Below, in pieces: positions 38,429 through 47,226 of a DNA stretch of 64,000 bases. The stretch is taken from NCBI GenBank assembly GCA_051251855.1, contig JBPOGI010000001.1:480001-544000 (forward strand), in the 5' to 3' direction. The stretch is from Roseibacillus sp. (GTDB taxonomy: Bacteria; Verrucomicrobiota; Verrucomicrobiia; Verrucomicrobiales; Akkermansiaceae). The position numbers were made by a program, and so were the translations under genes. Below the pieces are notes generated by a model. The model saw only the letters and a list, made by a program, of their open reading frames with translations, had not been told where the DNA came from and searched no databases. Every line of letters begins with the position of its first letter. The stretch's first letter is position 1.

Positions 38429-38452
38429 AGGACGCCCTTAACTCTTTGCCCC

Positions 38453-40285
38453 ATGAGTGATTTAGGGCATCCTCTGCCGCGAAGAATGGCCGATATTGCA
38501 GTATGCTCTGAATGCGCAGGAGAAATGGACGTCACTGCGGCGTCTCCATTCAATCGGGTGGCGTGCCCCGGCTGTGGAGCCGAAGTGCGGGTAAAGGTGG
38601 ATTTCGGCAATTATCTTCTTCAAAAGCGCTTGGCCTTTGGGGGGATGAGCATTGTGTTTGTGGCTGTCGATCAGACGCTCGGTCGAGAGGTGGCTCTCAA
38701 GGTTCTCAATGAGGAGTATTCCAGTGATGAGTTCCGGACGGCTCAGTTCGAGAAGGAGGCTGAGCTGACGGCCTTGGTAAGTCATCCCAATGTGGTGCGT
38801 GTTTATTCGGTAGGCAGGGCTTTCGAGCGTTTCTATATCGCAATGGAGCTGATTTCTGGGGACAGCCTGGAGAAGCTTCTCGAAACGGGAAAGGGTCTGC
38901 CAGAGCGCGAAGTGCTTGAGATTGCGCTACAGGTGACGGCGGGGTTGAAGGAGGCGAAGGCTTCAGGGTTGATTCATCGTGATATCAAGCCTGGGAATAT
39001 TTTGGTGGATAGCGAGGGGGGCGCGAAGATTGTCGATTTCGGGCTTTCGCTCGTGACGCAGTCGGGATCGGCCCGTGCGGAAGAGATTTTTGCAACGCCT
39101 TACTATGCTCCTCCGGAAGCTTTGGAGGCGGGAGTAGAAGATTTCAGGAGTGATATCTATGCTTTGGGGGCTTCGCTCTACCATGCCTTGGCTGGTAAGC
39201 CACCGATTGAGACCAAGTCTACCAATACGAAGACTCTGCTAGAGGCAAAATTGAAGGCGCCGCCGTTGCACAAAGTGGCTCCTCAGGTGAGCCAATCGAC
39301 GGCTGATGCGGTGACTGCAATGATGGCCTTCCAAAAAGAGGCGCGGCCGTCGAGTTACGATGTGGTGAAGACTTCTTTGGAGAGGGCTCTCAATGGAGAA
39401 GATCAGCTCAGTCGAACTTCCAAAAGTAGTCGCACAGAGCGGAGTAAGTCTTCGGGGCTCACTTGGGTGGTGGTGCCTGTCCTTTTGGCGTTGGTCATCG
39501 TTGCTTTGTTTGCCCTTAAGAATCGAGGAGATGGCAAGGAGGAGGACGAATTGACTCCACCGAAGCCTCCGGTGGTGAAAAGAGGTGATGACGAGGGCTT
39601 GAAGATTTCGCGAATTTACCAAAGAGGCCGCGAAGCGCTCGCAGAAGGACGTTTTAACGAAGCAGAATTGAACTTTCTTAAGCTCTACCGGCAGCGAGAG
39701 GTTCCGGAGCCTACCGGGACTTGGTCGGGGTTTGAGGCGGGAATGAGTGCTTTGTTAGATGGTCGGGGAGGTGATACGCGCAGTAACTACGAGAAGCTTC
39801 ACGACCGAGTGGTGTCGGCGGGATTAGACCCAGAAACTCAAGTTGTATTTGAGGATGTGTTGAAAGCTTGGAACGATTTTGAGCCTTCTAAATTACCATC
39901 GGAGTGTTCCAGTGCTCCTGAGATTGCGATGCTCGAGTTTGCGCAAGCCCTCAAGAATTGGGAGCTGGGAGAGCGGGATGTGGTTCCGTTCTTGGACTCT
40001 TTTGTTGCGATGGAGTTTAAGGAACGAAAAGAATGGGTGGAAACTTATCAGGCGTGGGCCGCTAAGTTGGCGGCAGATGCTCAGCGATTGAGCGAAGCGG
40101 AACCGGATTGGGAGCGGGTGTGGTCGAGTAGCGAGATTGAGGCGGAGCTCAAGAAGCTGGAGTCCTTGTCAAAGTCATTAGAGACGACAGGGCGGGCGCA
40201 AATGATGGCTGCTAGTTGGAAGGATTGGTTCAAAGGCTTAGAAGCTCGGCGTGAAAAGCGGCCATGGGAAAGTAGAGAAGAGTAA
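38453..40285 (+). CDS. Hanks-type Ser/Thr protein kinase with N-terminal zinc ribbon, TM segment and C-terminal helical domain
   Basis: CSEC...[19 protein letters not shown] and PYYAPPE; TM segment [18 protein letters not shown]. Confidence 0.9.
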   Translation: MSDLGHPLPRRMADIAVCSECAGEMDVTAASPFNRVACPGCGAEVRVKVDFGNYLLQKRLAFGGMSIVFVAVDQTLGREVALKVLNEEYSSDEFRTAQFEKEAELTALVSHPNVVRVYSVGRAFERFYIAMELISGDSLEKLLETGKGLPEREVLEIALQVTAGLKEAKASGLIHRDIKPGNILVDSEGGAKIVDFGLSLVTQSGSARAEEIFATPYYAPPEALEAGVEDFRSDIYALGASLYHALAGKPPIETKSTNTKTLLEAKLKAPPLHKVAPQVSQSTADAVTAMMAFQKEARPSSYDVVKTSLERALNGEDQLSRTSKSSRTERSKSSGLTWVVVPVLLALVIVALFALKNRGDGKEEDELTPPKPPVVKRGDDEGLKISRIYQRGREALAEGRFNEAELNFLKLYRQREVPEPTGTWSGFEAGMSALLDGRGGDTRSNYEKLHDRVVSAGLDPETQVVFEDVLKAWNDFEPSKLPSECSSAPEIAMLEFAQALKNWELGERDVVPFLDSFVAMEFKERKEWVETYQAWAAKLAADAQRLSEAEPDWERVWSSSEIEAELKKLESLSKSLETTGRAQMMAASWKDWFKGLEARREKRPWESREE

Positions 40286-40749
40286 TGGCGGAAGTGAAAA
40301 TTTTTACTGATGGTGCCTGTCGGGGGAACCCTGGGCGAGGTGGTTATGGAACCATTTTGAAGAGCGGTAGCTTTGAGAAGGAACTGAGTCAGGGATATCG
40401 CCTGACGACGAACAATCGAATGGAGTTAAGAGCGGCGATGGCTGGCCTAGCTGCGTTGACCAAGCCCTGTCAGGTTGCGATTTATTCTGACTCTAAGTAT
40501 GTGGTAGATGCCAACAATCAGAAATGGATTGAGGGTTGGAAAAAAAAGGGGTGGAAGCGAGGGAAAGGGGAGAAACTCGCGAATGTGGATCTTTGGCAAG
40601 AGTTAGACCAATTGCGTTCCAAGCATCAGGTGACTTGGCACTGGGTAAAAGGTCACGCGGGTCATGCGGAGAATGAGCGCTGTGACGAATTGGCTACGGA
40701 GGCGGCGGACGGAGAGGGATTGATTGAGGACTTTGGATTTGACGGTTAG
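40285..40749 (+). CDS. rnhA: Ribonuclease HI
   Basis: [29 protein letters not shown] and [13 protein letters not shown] overlap with the kinase. Confidence 0.96.
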   Translation: MAEVKIFTDGACRGNPGRGGYGTILKSGSFEKELSQGYRLTTNNRMELRAAMAGLAALTKPCQVAIYSDSKYVVDANNQKWIEGWKKKGWKRGKGEKLANVDLWQELDQLRSKHQVTWHWVKGHAGHAENERCDELATEAADGEGLIEDFGFDG

Positions 40750-40849
40750 TGTTCGAAGTCAGTTACGGGGGCGCTGGTTTTCAATCGATCGTCAGAGCCA
40801 GCAAGATCAGGAGCGTAGAGTTGAGTCCGTCGGACCGACCGATGGTGGA

Positions 40850-41119
40850 CGACTGAAGTCGAATGGCGCTGGGATAGGCGAAAAATCGGGAGCTTACAAA
40901 AGCAGTGGCCGCAGGCCTGGGAGAGTGGTTTTCTAAGCCGCTGGGGTGCAGGAGGACGGACGAATCACCACAGAAACAGCGGATTCGGGAACGAACAGGC
41001 CTACCCTTAACATTCTCTGTTGTAGGGTGGCGGCTTGGAAAGACCACGCTCCCATTTCCTTGCCCCCGACACTACAAGGTGGCTTAACACAGTGCCATTC
41101 GACTGAAGTCGACCCTCCC
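40850..41119. repeat. Nested inverted REP-like cluster between convergent rnhA and oppC
   Basis: Outer pair 40850-40871 and 41090-41111 (19/22 identical as inverted repeats); inner pair 40919-40941 and 41030-41053. Confidence 0.7.
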
Positions 41120-41141
41120 GTTCGGCGAGTTAGTGGCAGCT

Positions 41142-42122
41142 TTAGTCCTTCGAAGACTTGGGGTCGAGGGCGTCGCGGAGTCCGTCACCGAGAAAGTTGA
41201 AGGCGAAGAGGGTGACTGAGAAGAGCAGGGCAGGAATGGCGAGAATGATGGGGTAGGTTTCGAGGAAATTAGCGCCTTCCTTGATGAGAATTCCCCAGGA
41301 GGAGTTGGGGGGCTCGATGCCGAGTCCGATGAAGGAGAGGGTGGCTTCATAGAGGATGAAGCTGGGGATGGTGAGGGTGGCGTAGATGATAACGGGTCCC
41401 AGCATGTTGGGGAGAATGTGGCGGAAGAGAATACGATGGTGGGGGAGGCCGAGAGAGCGGGCGGCTTCGACGAATTCCTGTCGGCGCAGTGAGGCGGCTG
41501 CGGTGCGAACGATACGTCCCATGGTGAGCCAACCGAAAGCGGCGATGGCAAGAACAAGGGGAGCAAGATTGGAGAAGCGGAGAACGAGGTCGGGGCTCAT
41601 GTTCCAATTCGCGACCAACCATTCGGCGACGAGGTCGGTGCGGGCAGCAATGAGTTCTCGGAAGAGAATAACGATGATGAGGAAAGGCATCGCGAGAAGG
41701 CCGTCCACGATACGCATCATGATGGCTTCTGTTTTGCCTCCCACGTAGCCTGCAATGCCGCCGTAGACGATGCCGAAGCTGACGGTTAGAAGAGTAGAGA
41801 GGATGGCGACGAGGAGAGAAATTTGACCGCCCTCAAGAACACGCATGAGGACATCGCGTCCGAGTTGGTCGGTGCCGAGGACACTGCCGTCGCCTGGTTT
41901 TGCAAATTGGTTAGAGAGGTCTTGCGCATTGGCATCCAATCCGGTGAAACCGAGGATGGGAGTGACGATGAAGCAGGCAAAGAGAATGAGAATGACCACA
42001 ATGCCTCCGAGCATCGCGAGTTTGTTCTTTTTGAGCCGAGTGAAGGCGTCGGACCAGAGGCTGCTGCCTTTTTCGGTCGCTGAGACGGAACTCGGAGTGT
42101 CGATGGAAGCGGTCGTGGACAT
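41142..42122 (-). CDS. oppC: Oligopeptide ABC transporter permease
   Basis: LGTDQLGRD, EFVEAARSLG and HILPN. Confidence 0.88.
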   Translation of the reverse strand: MSTTASIDTPSSVSATEKGSSLWSDAFTRLKKNKLAMLGGIVVILILFACFIVTPILGFTGLDANAQDLSNQFAKPGDGSVLGTDQLGRDVLMRVLEGGQISLLVAILSTLLTVSFGIVYGGIAGYVGGKTEAIMMRIVDGLLAMPFLIIVILFRELIAARTDLVAEWLVANWNMSPDLVLRFSNLAPLVLAIAAFGWLTMGRIVRTAAASLRRQEFVEAARSLGLPHHRILFRHILPNMLGPVIIYATLTIPSFILYEATLSFIGLGIEPPNSSWGILIKEGANFLETYPIILAIPALLFSVTLFAFNFLGDGLRDALDPKSSKD

Positions 42123-42128
42123 GGTCAA

Positions 42129-43049
42129 TTAGGCGTTGCGAAGCTTGGGGTCCATGAAGATGAGAGCGAGGTCTGAGAGGAGGTTGGCAATGCCCATCAG
42201 GATTCCGTAGAAGAGGACAAGGGCGAGAACGAGGTTGTAGTCTTTGGAGGTGATACCGGTGACGAAGTGTTGACCCATACCGGGAACGAGGAAGATGTTT
42301 TCGACTACGAAGGAGCCGGTGATGATGGCGGCGAAGGCAGGTCCCAAATAGGTCACTGCGGGCATGAGAGCGGGTCGCAGGGCGTGCTTGGTGATGATTT
42401 GGAGGGAGGGAACTCCTTTGGCGCGGGCGGTGCGGATGTAGTCCTGCGAGAGGACGTCAAGCATGCCACCACGAGTGAGTCGCGCGAGGTAGGCGGCAAC
42501 GCCGAATGAAAGGGTGATGGCAGGGAGGATAATATCAGAGGGGCGGGACCAACCGGCAACGTTGAGCCAACCGAGGGGTTTGGCGATGTTGATTTGGAAT
42601 ATGGGGCCGAGGACAAAGGCGACGACACAAATTCCGGCCATGGCAACAATCATGGCGATGTAGTCGAGGGACTTGTTGTGATTGAGAGCGGCAATGATAC
42701 CCAAGGGAATACCAATCAAGATTCCGAGGGTTAGAGAGACGAGGCCAAGGGTGACGGATACGGGGAACGACTGTGCGATAAGGTCAGAGACTTTTCGCCC
42801 TTTCATGGAGAGCGAGTCGCCGAAGTCGCCCCGTGACAGAATGTTGCCCCAGTATTTGAGGTATTGCACGGGCAGCGGTTTATCGAGTCCGTAGTAGGCT
42901 TCTAGGGCGGCTTGCTCTTCGGGCGAAGTCGCTTTGTCACTCGCGAAGGGATTGCCGGGAATGGCCCTGACCGAGAAAAAGGTGAAGGTGACCAGCAGAA
43001 AGACGACCACCACGGTCTGGAACAGGCGGGATAGAATGGTTTTGAGCAT
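42129..43049 (-). CDS. oppB: Oligopeptide ABC transporter permease
   Basis: YGLDKPLPVQY, GDFGDS, DYIRTARAKG and VENIFLVPGMG. Start MLKTIL at 43049. Confidence 0.9.
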   Translation of the reverse strand: MLKTILSRLFQTVVVVFLLVTFTFFSVRAIPGNPFASDKATSPEEQAALEAYYGLDKPLPVQYLKYWGNILSRGDFGDSLSMKGRKVSDLIAQSFPVSVTLGLVSLTLGILIGIPLGIIAALNHNKSLDYIAMIVAMAGICVVAFVLGPIFQINIAKPLGWLNVAGWSRPSDIILPAITLSFGVAAYLARLTRGGMLDVLSQDYIRTARAKGVPSLQIITKHALRPALMPAVTYLGPAFAAIITGSFVVENIFLVPGMGQHFVTGITSKDYNLVLALVLFYGILMGIANLLSDLALIFMDPKLRNA

Positions 43050-43160
43050 GGTGGAGAACGAAGGGTGGGGGTCAGAAACAAAGAATCCTTTATGCCTTAA
43101 CCCGACGCCAGTTTTCGATCGTGCCGTTGGGAAAGTCAAGGAACGGCGTAGCCATCACCA

Positions 43161-44408
43161 CTATCGATTAAGAGCTTCTAATCTCTGCAGCACCGGCGGG
43201 TGAGAGTGGTGCAGAAAGACTTCCAGAGGATGAGGGGTGAGATTAGAGAGGTTGTTGCGAGAAAGCTTTTTAAGAGCCATAGAGAGGTGTTCAGGGGTTC
43301 CTTGAACCGTTTTTGCGTAATGGTCGGCCTCGAACTCGTGTTTGCGCGAGAGCATGCTGAGTCCGATAGAGATGAGGCGGGAAACGGGTTTGAAAAGGAT
43401 GAAGAAAATGACAAGGCCGACATAGAGGGAGATTTGGTCGACTTGGAAGGCAGTAAAGAGAGTGCGCGCGAAGGCGGAGTCGGGTGAGGTGACCAAGCCT
43501 AAGAGGAAGAAAATGAGTGCGGTTTGGACGATCGAGAGGACGATTCGTTGGATGATGTGCTTCTTTTTGAAGTGACCAATTTCGTGAGCGAGGACGCCGA
43601 CGAGTTCCTCGGTGCTCTGGCTTTCGATGAGAGTGTCGTAGAGGGCAATTTTCTTGAACTTGCCGAAGCCAGTGAAGTAGGCGTTAGATTTGGTGGAGCG
43701 CTTTGAGCCGTCGATGACAAAGAGGCCTACGAGGGGGAAGTCGCATTGTTTGGCCATGGCTTCGATAGCGGACTTGAGTTCTCCGTCTTCCATGGGGGTG
43801 AATTTGTTGAAGAGGGGAAGGATAATGCTGGGGGCAAGGAAAGTGAGGAGGAGGGAAAGTGCGGTCACTGCGAGCCAAGCGTAGACCCAAGCATTGGGCA
43901 AGGTGCCGAAGAGCCAGAGGATGAGGGCGACGAGGGGAATGCCCAGCACGGCAGCCAAAATGAGACCTTTGATTTGGTCTCCGATGAAGGTGCTAGGGGT
44001 GGTCTTGTTGAAGCCAAACTTTTCTTCGTGGACGAAGGTGTGATGGATGTCGAAGGGGAGCGAGATGAGGGTGGAGGCGAGGAAGAGGAAGCCGATGTAG
44101 AAAATACCGGTGACGATTTCGCCAAATCCAAAAGAACGGACCCATTCGTCCAGCCAACCGAAGCCGCCTCCGAACCAGAAGGCGAGGAGGATAGCCAAGG
44201 AGACGATAGATGAAATGATACCAAACTTTGCACCCTCTCGCTCGTAGGCTTGGGATTTGGCGTACTTTTCCTGATCCCAGACGTCAGCGAACTCGCGAGG
44301 GAGTTCAGGCTTGAGATTCTTAAGAGTGAGGAGAGTTGCCACGAAATCGAGTTTCCACAAAAGGAAGAGAGCGATGACGATGAGAAGGGCGAGAGTTGTT
44401 GGGGTCAT
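43161..44408 (-). CDS. M48 (Ste24/CAAX-protease-like) membrane metallopeptidase
   Basis: DGSKRS, NAYFTG, HEIGH, EFEAD and SHP motifs; multiple TM segments. Confidence 0.92.
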   Translation of the reverse strand: MTPTTLALLIVIALFLLWKLDFVATLLTLKNLKPELPREFADVWDQEKYAKSQAYEREGAKFGIISSIVSLAILLAFWFGGGFGWLDEWVRSFGFGEIVTGIFYIGFLFLASTLISLPFDIHHTFVHEEKFGFNKTTPSTFIGDQIKGLILAAVLGIPLVALILWLFGTLPNAWVYAWLAVTALSLLLTFLAPSIILPLFNKFTPMEDGELKSAIEAMAKQCDFPLVGLFVIDGSKRSTKSNAYFTGFGKFKKIALYDTLIESQSTEELVGVLAHEIGHFKKKHIIQRIVLSIVQTALIFFLLGLVTSPDSAFARTLFTAFQVDQISLYVGLVIFFILFKPVSRLISIGLSMLSRKHEFEADHYAKTVQGTPEHLSMALKKLSRNNLSNLTPHPLEVFLHHSHPPVLQRLEALNR

Positions 44409-44491
44409 TGAGAGAGTTGGAATTGACCATAGTTTGCACGATGGTGCAACGATTTGGGCAGTCGACTAATGGAAGACTTCCTTGGGAGAAT

Positions 44492-44521
44492 AAAAAAATC
44501 GATCCCTTGTGAGGACCGATT
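44492..44521 (-). terminator. Intrinsic terminator after rpsP
   Basis: Minus strand: atcggtcct-caca-agggatcgat-tttttt. Confidence 0.65.
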
Positions 44522-44565
44522 GAGAGGGCTTCTTTGAGTAGAAGCACGGGGAAAGGGTTTGCCGA

Positions 44566-44820
44566 CTATGCGTTCGCTTTTTCAGCCTTACGGGCCTTGC
44601 GAATGATGCTGTTGACGGTTTCGGAGGGCTGAGCGCCATTTCCGAGCCATTTGTCCACCTTTTCTAGGTCGACGGTGTAGTTGACACCTTCTTCCATGGG
44701 GTTGTATGTGCCAACCTGTTCGATAGGGCGTCCGTCACGGCGGTCACGGCTGTCGATGGCTACGATTTTGTAATAAGGACGGTCTTTCGTGCCTTTGCGA
44801 GTCAGTCTGAGTGCTACCAT
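44566..44820 (-). CDS. rpsP: 30S ribosomal protein S16
   Basis: [37 protein letters not shown]. Confidence 0.96.
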   Translation of the reverse strand: MVALRLTRKGTKDRPYYKIVAIDSRDRRDGRPIEQVGTYNPMEEGVNYTVDLEKVDKWLGNGAQPSETVNSIIRKARKAEKANA

Positions 44821-44935
44821 ATCAATTCTTAATTGGGCGGCGGAACGTGGCGGAAGGGCTTACGTTTGCCAAGATAAATATTTGGCAATTTATCGATTTT
44901 TAGTTTCCGTGAGAAGGAGGGAGATTGACCTCCAT

Positions 44936-44967
44936 AAAAAAGAGCCACCCTTAGGTGGCTCTCTTTT
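44936..44967 (-). terminator. Intrinsic (bidirectional-type) terminator after rplT
   Basis: aaaaa-agagccacc-ctta-ggtggctct-ctttt. Confidence 0.85.
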
Positions 44968-45031
44968 GATTAAAATCGTTACGGCTCTTGGTGTGTGCTA
45001 CCAGCCGGTCGACCTATTAGATAAACGTTCG

Positions 45032-45409
45032 TTAGGCTGCTTTCTTAGCCTTTTCTTCGAGTGCCTGCTTGGCAGCGTCACAGAAGGTGTTGAAAGCACC
45101 GATGTCATTCACGGCCAAATCAGCGAGAACCTTGCGGTCAACGGAGATATTGGCGGCGTTCAATCCTTCGATAAAACGAGAGTAGGTGAGTCCCTGTGCT
45201 CTTGTTCCAGCGTTGATACGCTGAATCCAGAGGCGTCGGAATTGACCTTTGCGTTTCTTGCGGTCGCGATACTCGTATTGACGTGCCTTGTAGACAGCGT
45301 CTTTAGCATAGCGAAACAGTTTGGAGCGGAAGCCGCGGAATCCTTTCGCGCGCAGTAATACGCGTTTCCGGCGTTTCCGGGAAGCTGGTCCATTTGTAGC
45401 TCTTGGCAT
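45032..45409 (-). CDS. rplT: 50S ribosomal protein L20
   Basis: MPRA...AKGFRG...YRDRKKRKGQFRRLWIQRINA...DRKVLADLA. Confidence 0.97.
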   Translation of the reverse strand: MPRATNGPASRKRRKRVLLRAKGFRGFRSKLFRYAKDAVYKARQYEYRDRKKRKGQFRRLWIQRINAGTRAQGLTYSRFIEGLNAANISVDRKVLADLAVNDIGAFNTFCDAAKQALEEKAKKAA

Positions 45410-45424
45410 TAATTATGTTCTACT

Positions 45425-45504
45425 TGAATAAACGGTTTTTTGTTTTGTTCGTCCCCGGCCGTCTCGTTTATTCAGTTTCCATTGGAAACAGGCGGCGCGG
45501 GGGA
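45425..45504 (-). ncRNA. Candidate structured cis-regulatory RNA (pseudoknot) in the rpmI-rplT spacer
   Basis: Outer stem, inner hairpin and a perfect 10-bp loop-to-downstream pairing (see findings). Confidence 0.55.
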
Positions 45505-45516
45505 TTCTGTCTATGG

Positions 45517-45726
45517 TTACCCGAAGGGCAGGTTCTCGCGGATCGATTTGACACAAGTCTCGTCGACCAAGACCGATTTGCCGAGTGAACGCTTACGCTT
45601 ACGAGATTTCTTCGTAAGAATGTGTCGTTTACCCTGCTTGCGGCGCAAGATCTTGCCCGTGCCAGTCACTTTGAATCTCTTAGCGACTGATTTGCGGGTT
45701 TTGGCTTTGCCAGCTGTTCTTGCCAT
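45517..45726 (-). CDS. rpmI: 50S ribosomal protein L35
   Basis: KAKTRKSVAKRFKVTGTGKI...KRHILTKKSRKRKR. Start MARTAG at 45726. Confidence 0.95.
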   Translation of the reverse strand: MARTAGKAKTRKSVAKRFKVTGTGKILRRKQGKRHILTKKSRKRKRSLGKSVLVDETCVKSIRENLPFG

Positions 45727-46243
45727 GGGAGGGCGGAAACTAGGTAGTCGCGGCCAAATATCAAGGCGATTCTCAAGATATGAGACGTTTTTTTCGAATC
45801 TGGTAGAAAGTGGTGTTTGTTGGGGCTTCGTGGCTTTGAAGGGGATGGGTTTAGTGCACGACTGATTCGATGCCTGAGAAAAGAGAAAAAAATGAGAATC
45901 TGGCCGATACACTGCGGTCGTAGCGTCTACTGAGGGAGATTTGTTTCTTCTCGATGAAGAGTCATGACTCGGCTCGGAATGTATTTTAATGTAACATAAG
46001 TATTTTGTTTAAATGATTGATGTAAATTTGTTATCTCATCGTTCTCGGGTTCGCCAAAGGTGGGCGAGCCAAAAGTTCGAGAATTATGTCCTGAATGATG
46101 GTTATAAGTTGTGACTGAATGGCTTTTGTTCAGGTCTAGAGTTGTGAGAAGAAGATGAAAAATAATTCCTACAACTGTCGGTTGTAGACACGGAAACTCC
46201 TTTGCCAAAGTCCGCTAGCCCCTTTACTTTCAACCAAAATTCA

Positions 46244-46717
46244 ATGTCATTCAAAACCCCAATTGTTCCTGTGGGAACTTGTAGAAGAATCCCCACAGCG
46301 AGTCATGATCACACCCAACCGTCAAAAATGAGAAAAAACGTGGTGTCCCGAGGACGCTTCTTCCTTGCTGCAGTCAGTTTCCTAATTTTGCGTCTATCCC
46401 TTACTACAACGATCGCTCTCATTGGATGGGTATTGGTTCAGAACGGTGAGATTCAGAGAGAAATTCTGATAGCCTTCGGAATTTCTGCAGCCCTTCTCGT
46501 TTTGTCGAGTATTCACGTAATTTCTAATGGGCGAAAGGTTACTTGCCCTCTTTGTCGAGCTTCTCTCTTTATGTCCTCTCGCAATTTAGTGAAGCCGGGA
46601 GTCCGCAAAATATTGGGTTGCTCAAAAACTCCTCTGGCTTTCTCGCTTTTGACGATGCCTGAGGTGCTCTCTTGTCCGTGTTGTGCGGAGAAAGTTCGTC
46701 TCACTCGAAGTTCATAG
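46244..46717 (+). CDS. Hypothetical membrane protein with C-terminal double CxxC zinc ribbon
   Basis: Two TM segments, then CPLC...CPCC. Start uncertain (46244 or 46328). Confidence 0.65.
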   Translation: MSFKTPIVPVGTCRRIPTASHDHTQPSKMRKNVVSRGRFFLAAVSFLILRLSLTTTIALIGWVLVQNGEIQREILIAFGISAALLVLSSIHVISNGRKVTCPLCRASLFMSSRNLVKPGVRKILGCSKTPLAFSLLTMPEVLSCPCCAEKVRLTRSS

Positions 46718-47226
46718 GGAGCAGGGCCCCTCTTCAACAAGTGATTTTGTGAAGCAGCGGAAGCGTAAGCAACTAGCTGTAGAGATGTAGGTGGTGGGAT
46801 TTGCCATGCGAATGTGGGTATTGGGTATGCCGAATGGCTTGATGTCCTTGAGAGATGTCGTCCCAATAGGCTCATAAAAATGAGTAGGTTGAAAAAAGGC
46901 ACATTCCCACGTCACGATGGAGTTGAGGTGAGCCTGTTGAAGGAGGAGAGAGTAGAGACTGAAGGAGTGCTTGAGGCAGTGCGGGTGGACATCTTCAAAA
47001 GTAAGGGCGAAAATTTGAAGGAATTGCTTACTCTCGAGGTATTGAAGCAACGATGTTCACTAACTTGCAAGTTGCTGAGAGTGGGAAGCTCCTTGAAAGA
47101 AAGGGCTAGAATTACTGAAATCTCTCCAAGTCGTGATTCGGGATATGTGGAATTCAGTTTCCAATTCGGAAAAAATTCTTATCCACGCGCCTTTATGGGA
47201 GCCCAGAAAATCTAAAAGTTAAAACA

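Noticed and set aside
41142..43049. oppBC without ATPase or binding-protein genes, considered as a possible novel transporter
   Set aside because: Split ABC operons are common, and the partner genes are probably elsewhere in the genome.
46814..47215. 133-aa ORF upstream of the first sulfatase
   Set aside because: No recognisable domain, weak start and competing ORFs on the other strand. It may be spurious or a remnant.
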